From Ostrea edulis (lineage: Eukaryota), in assembly GCF_947568905.1 (NCBI RefSeq), contig NC_079164.1:74462001-74526000 (forward strand): a stretch of DNA of 64,000 nucleotides. Direction: 5' to 3'. Positions 12,205 through 21,877 of this stretch are shown piece after piece (the first letter of the stretch is position 1; every line of letters starts with the position of its first letter). The notes beneath the pieces were generated by a model. It was not told the origin of the DNA. It ran no database searches and worked only from the letters and a program-made list of their open reading frames with translations. Both the position numbers and the translations under genes were made by a program.

Positions 12205-13338
12205 ATGAATATAATGCCCAACAAGATCATTATGGAAGATGACTATTTTCTGCTGGAGTCCGTTAAATCCGGTAAAGAAAAACAGGTTCGGTCCATTTTA
12301 TCCAGTGGGAATTATAGGAATGAGGCCTTCGTTGATGGGTTTGGCCGTACGGCGCTCCACTGGGCAGCCGAGTACGGCTACACAAATATTGTGTACTTAC
12401 TGGTGGAAAACAAGTGGGATTATAACGCCACAGACAACAAATCACAGTCCCCGTTACACATAGCTTGTAACCACTACGGCAGTGACATTGCGTCATACCT
12501 GATCACGTGTGGATGTGACGTCAACGTTTTGGACAATGTCGGAAACAGCCCATTACAAAGGGCAATTCACACAAATTTGGAAGACGTCGTTTATCTTATA
12601 TGTGAACGTGGGGCTAATATAAACTCCAAAACCAAAAATGACTGGACAGCTCTTCATGAAGCAATACGGGTTGGAAATGAGAATATCGTGCGTCGATTGA
12701 TCAAAGGTGGCGCTGATGTCAACGCCGTCACCCAGTACAAAGCAACACCGTTTTCTACAGCGATTTTCTACTACCGTATATCTCAGAGACATGCATACAG
12801 CTGTCTGGACTCCATTGCTAAAATGTTGGTGGACAACGGTAGTCGACTAAGCCAATGTGACGGTCAGTGGTCTCCGTTAATGTCTTCTATATCTCTTGGA
12901 AACAGTTACATCGCGGGATTACTGTTATATAATGGCTGCCAGATTCCTGACCAGGATCAGTACGGACGATCTCCCCTCGTCGACGCTTTCACAAGGTGTG
13001 ACCCAACTGTTGTTAAGTTGATGGTCTTATGTGGGTACCAGTTAACCATTGATGAAGTGGAACAGTGCAATAGACGTATTCCTACATTCTCGAGGTCTTT
13101 CAGACGTTTAGCTTTCTCAGGGATAGATACCTCAACAAATGGCGTCCAGATGATGACATGGCTAAGGAACCGTGCCCACAACCCAACCCCACTTTCAGAT
13201 ATCTGTAGATTCAGTATTCGACAATCGCTCAACAAAGGTTCAAGAGACAGCTCGATTTTAAAGAATATCAGAAAGCTTATCCTTCCAACTTGTTTGAAAG
13301 AGTATATTGCCTTAGATGAATTCAGTCATGTCTGTTAA
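12205..13338 (+). CDS. Ankyrin-repeat and SOCS-box protein (ASB-like), single coding exon, 377 aa
   Basis: Ankyrin repeats (GRTALHWAA, QSPLHIAC, GNSPLQRAI, DWTALHEAI, ATPF, WSPL, GRSPL) and a C-terminal SOCS box PLSDICRFSIRQSL...LILPTCLKEYI; AATAAA at 13693. The real start may be Met10, which has a stronger Kozak context. Confidence 0.92.
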   Translation: MNIMPNKIIMEDDYFLLESVKSGKEKQVRSILSSGNYRNEAFVDGFGRTALHWAAEYGYTNIVYLLVENKWDYNATDNKSQSPLHIACNHYGSDIASYLITCGCDVNVLDNVGNSPLQRAIHTNLEDVVYLICERGANINSKTKNDWTALHEAIRVGNENIVRRLIKGGADVNAVTQYKATPFSTAIFYYRISQRHAYSCLDSIAKMLVDNGSRLSQCDGQWSPLMSSISLGNSYIAGLLLYNGCQIPDQDQYGRSPLVDAFTRCDPTVVKLMVLCGYQLTIDEVEQCNRRIPTFSRSFRRLAFSGIDTSTNGVQMMTWLRNRAHNPTPLSDICRFSIRQSLNKGSRDSSILKNIRKLILPTCLKEYIALDEFSHVC

Positions 13339-14033
13339 ATGTTTGATAGGACCAAGTGGAGTGAACGTGACGCGGACTGTAAGGAAACCATGTACGTTTT
13401 AGTACATGAGTGTGTATACAATGGTGCTGCTTACAGGTCAGTGTAACGAATATTTACAGGCATCGTGCGAGTTTTGTGTTGATGTTCAGTATATGTGTAT
13501 TTAGTTGTAAGTTTGCTCACCATTTCGTGTTCCACTCAGATTTTACAATCTCTAAAATAAGGGATCTCATCGCAACTCATGGAAATCCAGCGTTCAATCA
13601 AACTTTCAAGACTTACACCCGTTGTACGTGGTGTCGATGTCCATGCTTTTATAGATTAGCAGCATTTATTTATTTAGTCATTTATTTTTCAGAATAAAGT
13701 GAAGGAAAGTTATTTCCCTCTGATAGATTTATTGCGAAATAACGAAAGCATCCAAGAACATTGAGCTTGGAAGCATGCAGCGATTTGGTTACACCATAGT
13801 TTTATGTTAGATCACTTCATTACTGCTTAAAAGTCAGTTACGATTGCCGTTAGCATGACAGGAAACAGCAATTAATGCTAACTGCTGAACATGACAACAA
13901 TAGAGGGATCAAAGAATGCTTTTACTAAATTCATACTGAGATCAGTGCAAGAATACAGGCAAAACAAATGAACGCGGTAGTAGTATGATGCAGGGGCGGA
14001 TCCAGAAAAAAGCTGCTGACTGATTTGCTATTA

Positions 14034-14035
<2 letters not shown>

Positions 14036-14083
<48 letters not shown>
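14036..14083. repeat. (TA)n microsatellite
   Basis: Direct reading. Confidence 0.95.
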
Positions 14084-14089
<6 letters not shown>

Positions 14090-14964
14090 CACACTCTTCT
14101 GCTAAAGAATTCTTAAGCTGATCATTCAGCTAAATCAGAGTCGTACGAAGTAATATCCATGTCTTATCCAATATATCAAACATCGTATCTCAATGACAAT
14201 ATTGTGGATGTGGGCCATGACAAACCAGTCTTTGTACTAAGTATGGGCTTGTAATGTCTCTCCATTATGAGCACCGTATGACCCAGGCAGAATTTCGAAT
14301 TTTCTTAATCAGTGACCGTGACTATGTCTAAATGACCATGGTTTTGGGTTTTAACACATTGTATGGTCGTAGACAAAACTTCATACCAAATAAGAGCTTC
14401 TAATTCTCTTTGATCACTATCATATAAAGTAATAAAACACAAATATTTCATAAAGTGGGACGAACAGAAAGGCAATGGCATGGACAGAAGTGGAGCGGAC
14501 GGAAAGGCAATGATACTGATAACATTTTCGATGAGATCCTCGTGTTCGGGAATGGGAGTTACGAACTACGAAATAATATAATACATATTCATACAGATTA
14601 CAAATGCATACTTTGTAACTCAATCTGAAGACCCAATGAGTGATATGATCGATACTACTAGGCTGGCTATATGACTCACAGTTCTGTTCGTTTTTAATTT
14701 CGAATAAAACAGAATCGCGTGTCTTTTATAGGGATATTTTGCTCGTTTTTAAACGGAGACTGACGTCAAACCTGGAGAAACAGTGCAGTATAGCTACAAT
14801 ATGGATCAAATATAATACAGATGTAGTCACAGCCAGACTTGATTCACTGACATGATTCAAATACTTCATTTCAGCAGTTTCCGATCATGATGAGCTAGTT
14901 GTGTAATATTACCCACACAACAGTGAACTGTCCTTATTTTCATCGCTATATAATCACAAGAGCC

Positions 14965-15440
14965 GGTATGTGCTATATAGCGAGACTTTCCCTCGGAAGT
15001 CTGGCTATATAGTGAGACCCCCCCCCCCCCCGGAAGACTGGCTATATAGCGAGACTTCTCCCCGGAAGACTGGCTATATAGTGAGACTTGGACCCCCAGA
15101 AGTATGGCTATATAGCGAGACTTGGACCCCCAGAAGACTGGCTATATACTGAGACTTCCCCCTGGAAGAGTGGCTATATAGCGAGACTTTCCCCCGGAAG
15201 AGTGGCTATATAGCGAGACTTCCCCCGAAAGACTGGCTATATAGCAAGACTTCCCCCGGAAAACTGACTATATAGCGAGATTCCCCCCGGAAGAGTGGCT
15301 ATATAGCGAGACTTCCCCCGGAAGACTGGCTATATAGCGAGACTTCTCCCGGGGGAGTCTCACTATATAGCCAGATTTCGGAGGGGGGTCTCACTGTATA
15401 GCCAGTCTTCCCCTTTATAGTGAGGCTTCCCCCTTTATTT
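14965..15440. repeat. ~31-bp minisatellite with an internal orientation switch
   Basis: About 12 forward units GAAGACTGGCTATATAGCGAGACTTCCCCCG, then 2-3 inverted units starting near 15350. Confidence 0.9.
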
Positions 15441-16155
15441 GAGTATCCGGAATAGTCCTTTCTGCTATAATTTACACGTGTTTATTGAAATAAAAGCAGT
15501 TTCTTTTATGAACTTTTTAAATTCAGTTAACCAAAACATATAATGTCCAGAAATTAGGTACCTTTAAAAATGACAGATTTTTATAAATCAGTCGTCGGAT
15601 ATCATGGCTTCTCGACTGTGCACGAGGTTGCATTAACGATGAATATTTTCATATTTAACTTGTCAATGGCTCTTTTGATATCAGAAAGACAACATCGATT
15701 TGAAGTGTCACAATATAACCAATCTATATGATCATGAATTAATTAAAGGAATCAGCATATGTTCTCTCATGGCGCGCAATCATGTGATGCAAGAAGGATG
15801 GAGCGGGAGGGAGTATGGACTAATCCTCAGAAGCAATGGGTCTGAAGAGTCGGGTGGCAGAAACAAAACTTAAGATAAAAACATAATTTGGTTTATTTGA
15901 TTTGATACATTAAGATATCAGTAATTGATTTAAGGATATCATACATTCAATTACATGTAAAGTTTTACAAGTCCAAAATAACCACCTTTAAAAAAAATAC
16001 CCTCACTGGTTATTTATAACAGAATAACTGCTATATAATAGCCAGTGAGAGTATTTTGGACTTAGGGGTATGCAAGACATTGTTGTCTTGACATTCATTA
16101 GAGAGATTTTCAACAACAACAAAAAATAATTAAATCAGCTCATGTACGTTATTCA

Positions 16156-16204
16156 GGGGGGGGGGTGGGGGGGGGTGGGGGGGGGGGTGGGGTGGGGTGG
16201 GGGG
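16156..16204 (+). repeat. G-rich tract with G-quadruplex potential
   Basis: Six runs of at least 4 G separated by single T. Confidence 0.8.
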
Positions 16205-16848
16205 TCTTGGACTTAAGTACCTATGGGTCCCGGGGTGGATTGTAAAAGAGAGAGAGATAATTCAAAATTGCTATAGTTATCGAAACTAATACCAAGAATA
16301 ATAACAGAAATATTACAGCTGATCATGTTCATGTCTCTCGCCTGAGCAGCCACATCTTACCATCTGTTTCAGTTTCTTTACAGGTTCAAACACACATGAA
16401 TATAGCATACCAAAACAAAACAAAAAAAAATCTACCACAGTGCATTGCTTCCCTAGGTTCGACAACTCTGTCATATTGCGACTACTTTGTAATCTCACGT
16501 TGAAAACACCTCTTTTGACATTGCTGTATTTCTTTATAAACCAACGTCGAAGTTAATTGACTATAAAATGGACATTTTAAAACAAAATGATATCCATCAA
16601 GAACAAATATTCACAACCTTATTCTGTCTTCTATATTCAATTGATCACTGGATAATCTAATTTTGTTAATTGTTTTAAATACTTATCATCTATTGGTTTT
16701 ATCAGATACATTTGTATAAATCGAAATTATTTACAAAGTATTTATAAAGTTGATTTTTCGGTGAATTGGAAATAAACGAGAATATACATTCTCCGTGAAC
16801 ATGAATCATTCTTTGTTCATGAACATTTGTCTTCAACATTTTAGAATT

Positions 16849-17100
16849 CTATAAAAATGTAAACCAAGTCTTGCCGATTCCTCGTTTATACATGCAATCC
16901 AATCCCCAGTATGCAGAGTCATGTTCTTGAGCCTTCAAAATACAATTACATGTATTATACTTTCTTACTTTAAACCAGAATTTAAACATATGCGTTCTTA
17001 ATCTCATTTCCACAATTACTGGGAGTCTATCCAATTCAAAACAAACAAAATTATTGGCAGTTTTCTGACCTACAATTTTCTTACAGAACTTTATATGCAT
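16849..17100 (-). mobile_element. Decayed LINE ORF2 fragment, same group as 6200-7685
   Basis: FCKKIVGQKTANNFVCFELDRLPV...FKFW parallels the YGELGRYPL...IIKFW segment of the other copy. Confidence 0.7.
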
Positions 17101-17901
17101 TGTACACTTCTAAGAGAAAACAGCGGTACGTGGCGACAATATTTCTCCCCTATCAAACTCACGTCATTGTAAATGCTCACTTGTATTTAGTACATTTGTT
17201 ATAATGACAATGATTTGATAATTATATACATTTTCCTTGTATACCCCCAAAAATTAATGTTATCAAATAGCTTACAACAATGCAGCTTAGACGGTGTTAC
17301 ACCTAATAAAAATCTCGTCAATATTAGTCATCAGTGCAGCTTTTATTACACTGTAGTTTACGGATCGCATCCTCAAATAACACTCATCTAAGTCCATTCT
17401 TTTAAACATACTGGAATTTCTTATTATGAAACTGTGTTGCTTCTGTGCTAGACGATTGCAGTGAAGTTTAGGGATTTTGGTTCATACCTAAAAATAAATA
17501 AATAAATAGCGATATATCTCAAAGTTGGTCATTTCATTTCCTTTCAAAAATATAATTGTCTAATATATCTTTTCTCCAATGTCATTGAATATGAAATCTT
17601 CCTACCGGTTTGTATTATATTATAAAACTTAAATAAAAAGCCGCCCTATTTGTTGACAAACTGGATTTGATAATAAATATGCTGCAAGATTAGTGATCCA
17701 GTAAATCTTCAAGCTTTCGACTCAGGTGAGCTAAACGTCCGCCGTTGTCTACCATCTACCGAGCAACATTTATACACCGCTACACACGAGTACTTTACCG
17801 CTGTAATTCTTTGCATGGCACTGCATGATCTGCCCTTACACGTTATATACTAGAATATTTAATTTACAATATCATCATTTTCCTTCTTTTTACCACCATT
17901 A

Positions 17902-18304
17902 CAGTGGCGGATTTAGAGGGGGGCGCAGCCCCCCTCCCCCCTAAAATCGCGGTATCTTGTTTCGGAAAATATACTAAACGATAAAAGAAGCAATAATTTC
18001 TTCCACTCCCGGAGAAATAAATGACAAAATCTTTTGATTTCTTGAATTACTTTATTGGGAGAACTTAATTTTTTCTAAAACAAACCCTTAAAATTTGGGT
18101 AATTTTATTAATTTCACCTTATTAAAATGATAGGAAAAAGTACAAATGACTAAATAGGAGAAATATTTCAAGCCCCATAAAATCTGTAAAACCCAGGAGC
18201 TTCTGGGGGTGAAGCCCCCTGGACCCCCACTAGGGGCTTCACCCTGGGCTCACTGCCTCATAAAGTGGCGCCACCCGTAACCGCAATTCCTGGATCTCCC
18301 CCTG
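17902..18304. mobile_element. MITE with CAGTGGCGGATTT / GGATCTCCCCTG ends
   Basis: Imperfect TIRs, GC-rich subterminal blocks and a flanking CATTA direct repeat; superfamily not assigned. Confidence 0.65.
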
Positions 18305-18618
18305 CATTACATAGATATATTATAATAAACACTCTCACTATTCTGAAATTAAAATCATGACTTTTCTTCTGATTAATTTCAAATAAAATTTAAATATTTA
18401 TTTGACATATTTACATATCCTTCACCATTTCGTGGTACGTTGATTTTCTGGATTCTAAAGTAGTTTTTTAATCAGGTCATTTTTCATTTCATCATGTCAA
18501 CACACCATTCAATAATAATACAGGAAAAATTCCATACAGCTATCACCCAACTTTGAACAGTCACTTATCTAACACGGTCAGTGTCATCTGTTTAGACTCC
18601 AGGTCACTGGAATAATCC

Positions 18619-18651
<33 letters not shown>

Positions 18652-18785
18652 GAGAAAGAGAGAGCTTAATGTAAAACTCTCAGTCTGAGTGAAATCCGTG
18701 CAACTTTTGTGCACTTCTCTCAGACGATTCGATATTTTCTCAGGAAAATAAACACTTGTATCTGTAATGAAGTTTCAAAGAAACA

Positions 18786-18910
18786 TATCAAAGCAATATT
18801 ACACACATAAATCTTGCAGGATTGCGCCGTTTACACGTGGTTTACTAGCCTCCAATTACACACATAAATCTTGCAGGATTGCGCCGTTTACACGTGGTTT
18901 ACTAGCCTCC
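18786..18910. repeat. Tandem duplication of a ~57-bp unit
   Basis: ATTACACACATAAATCTTGCAGGATTGCGCCGTTTACACGTGGTTTACTAGCCTCCA occurs twice. Confidence 0.9.
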
Positions 18911-19194
18911 AAGTTGCACGTGGTCGTTTGGTTAACCATTAACTATGTTAATATCCTTTCTGAATTAAAATAACAATCCAACTATTCTCTTGAAACAAAG
19001 TTAAACTCCTCTAACCTCAATTAACTGTATTTTACGAAAATCGGAATGAAATGGTTGAGTGTGTCGGTGTTCTGTATGCCTGGTCACGTTGAACATCTCC
19101 AGACAGGTAAATACGTCTTCAAAGTGTCCATGTCAAATTAAACTCATGTTCCATTTCTTTAACAGCTGTTTAATGATGGTATCTATTTTGTCGG

Positions 19195-19197
<3 letters not shown>

Positions 19198-19248
<51 letters not shown>
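19198..19248. repeat. (GA)n microsatellite (others near 18620-18663 and 19698-19713)
   Basis: Direct reading. Confidence 0.95.
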
Positions 19249-19251
<3 letters not shown>

Positions 19252-19577
19252 GGATAAAACGTGTATAGCGAGAACAATTTTTAACCATTTGACAAAAGTT
19301 GTGAGGACAGAAAGTACACTACGAGGAAAAATTCTGTCTTCAAAAACGTGATCCACAGCATGTGAAAGATGTAGATACAAAATATTAGATTAGTGAGGAC
19401 AAGTGATGTGGGGATATGTTCTCTCTCAAAACCCTTTTTTTCACAATTCGAAAGAGAGCATTAGATAAACTTTTATAGATGTCCCTATAGCTATACCTAA
19501 CACAATACATTTTTTGCCTTTACAATAACATATCCGTATTTTCTCTTCTAAACATTGTGAGGACGTCCTCACTAACC

Positions 19578-19663
19578 CAATCTAATTAAAATCAGATCCT
19601 AGGATACGCTCACATCTCAGAGTATACGGCGCGGATCTAAGAAGTCTGGTTTTAATTAGATTG
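19578..19663. mobile_element. 86-bp MITE of the CAATCT(A/G)ATTAAAA family with 9-bp TSD
   Basis: CAATCTAATTAAAATCAGA...TCTGGTTTTAATTAGATTG; TSD TCACTAACC at 19569-19577 and 19664-19672; same termini as 7407-7533. Confidence 0.88.
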
Positions 19664-19910
19664 TCACTAACCAGGTTTCATTGTCCACACACACACAGAG
19701 AGAGAGAGAGAGAGGGGTAGGGATATTGTAGACCTCAAAATTTCTTTTTCTGATGCAATACAAACCAATAATTTTATGTTCTATTCTATAATACCAGAAT
19801 ATTAAAGTCACAATAATTACTACTATTTTTACAGCGTTAAGAAAAACATGTCACATTGCATTTGGCAAATATTTAAATATATAAACAATAGAACTTGATT
19901 GTCAAAACGT

Positions 19911-20390
19911 TCACTCGGATCCATTCCTAGGTTCGAATCCTACGTCTGCGCACTGGTAAAATGTTTTGGGCGCCTGGGCGTTGTTAGGTTCGTAAGTAAC
20001 CTGCAGGTAATGCATGGTGTTAGGTGGTTCCATTGGGGCGCGAACTTTCACCGTGTAGATATGGAGAGAGGGTTCACCTCCGTCAGGAACAGTGGCCAAG
20101 ACTTTTGGAGTGGTACCTTCACGCTCACTAAGAGAAATCACGAACTTTCCAGGACTTGTTTTGTTGTAATGGTCCAAGTTCTTCATGAATGTAACGGTGA
20201 TGTTTTCGCCGCGTCCGTAGAAGGTAGCGTCACGCGTTGGCTGGCGTCCTCCGCACGGGGCTGTGGTCAGGATACAGTCCTTAGCCCCGGGAGAATTAAT
20301 CCCCGTCATGGTACCTCTCTGGGGAGGACTAAGGAGACAGATGTGGCAATACCCTACTGCAAAAAGCGACACAAGCACAAAAATCTTCAT
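19911..20390 (-). CDS. Secreted 159-aa protein, predicted mature N-terminal His; LPMO-like / X325(Bim1)-like copper-binding protein
   Basis: Signal peptide MKIFVLVSLFAVGYC then HICLLSPPQRG, PCGG, a second His in NLDH, and C-terminal LQVTY...FYQCADV; four Cys after the signal peptide; 106-nt GT-AG 5'-UTR intron (20499-20394) ending 3 nt before the ATG. The gene call is strong; the family call rests on motif recall. Confidence 0.8.
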   Translation of the reverse strand: MKIFVLVSLFAVGYCHICLLSPPQRGTMTGINSPGAKDCILTTAPCGGRQPTRDATFYGRGENITVTFMKNLDHYNKTSPGKFVISLSEREGTTPKVLATVPDGGEPSLHIYTVKVRAPMEPPNTMHYLQVTYEPNNAQAPKTFYQCADVGFEPRNGSE

Positions 20391-21877
20391 CTTCTGTTGT
20401 ATGAAGGAATGTACTTAGAAATGGGAATATGATCTGCTTTTATAATTCTTTGATCAAATCATTTATTAGTGATTGGTCAGTTTCTGGGCCAGTACATACC
20501 TACTGAGACATATATATCTCTGATATATACCATCAAGGCCTCCCTTATCAACTGTAACAAGACAATATGGACCTATTCACATACTAAAAGCGTAGGTCAT
20601 GTGATGACTCTTCACATTCTCCCTGACCCAAGGTGTTTCTTGCAACAATTCAAACCCCTGATGAAAACCTTTTCCCTGCTATTAAAATAATGTGTGACAG
20701 GGGGAGAGTCTATGCACCCACAATGTTCCTAGTATGCACAAAGAACATAATAAAGTTTTAAAACATTTTATTTACATCATCAATTTTAACATTTTGTAAA
20801 TGGAAATACAAATGCCTTTGGAGGGAAAAATCAAGCACTGGTGAAAGCAGAACAATGTCTCGGCTTAGAGAAAATGAATTTCTAGGTGCAGGAAGCTGAT
20901 AGACCTGAAAAATAATGTATGAGTGTTGCCCTACTAACGTTCAACACAAATCAGTAATACAGATGTACTGCAAGGATTTATGGCCAAACAATGTCAAAAA
21001 GCGTGTAGTCCATTAAAATTCATGCCATTGCTTACACAGATAATACTGCTATGTATGTAGTGTGTTTCAAAAATCTAAAGTTTTGTAACAAGCACAATAT
21101 CTTTGATATAAAATTTTGAGTGAACTTTTTGGATGCATCGCCTAGTAATTAAACTTGTGTCACTCCCCGTTTCTTTAGCAATTCAGTATTGCACAATCCA
21201 TTCATATTAACTTCTTTGTCATGTTATAAATCCCAAGATATAGAATCTTCAATTAACATAATATAAATTGTAAAAAAAGAAGGTTGTGTAATATTTCATT
21301 GATATGCATGAAGCAGGAATGTAAACAACCTTTTAACTAAATAAATCACACTGTCACAGTTTGTTATCATCTTTACAGCATCAACTGCGAACATCATGTA
21401 AAATAAAAAATCCAGTACAATTCTAACATGTTCACTTTCACAAAAAGATATAATTTGAATAGATATATAAATATGGGGGGAAATTTACTCCTTTACCTGT
21501 GTGGCATTAAAATTATATTCTGATAATAAATATAAAGACAGAGAAAACAAACCACTTAAAAATTGAAACAGTTCATGTAAATATTTGAGGGGTGTCTGGT
21601 CAACCTTATAGATGTGGAAAATCATTGGCAGTGCCTGAAATGTACAAGCTAGCATCATCTTTGTACTTGTTCACCACAGAAATCTGCATAAGGGGAAGTA
21701 ATCCTGTGCGAGTAGCTCTGTTTTTGTTATATCACATTGTAATCACAGATTGTTTTCCGGTTTATATTCGACTCCAAAGCAACGTAGAATCTTAACATGG
21801 ACAAGTCATCCCCCAGATAAAGCAATGGAAAGATGCTTCTGAGTCAGTAGAAAGTAGTCACACACATTTAGTTGTGC

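Noticed and set aside
14965-15440. CRISPR-like array
   Set aside because: Eukaryotic context, no unique spacers and no cas genes; it is a minisatellite.
19899-20432. 177-aa plus-strand ORF
   Set aside because: Antisense shadow of the His-brace gene; no recognisable motifs.
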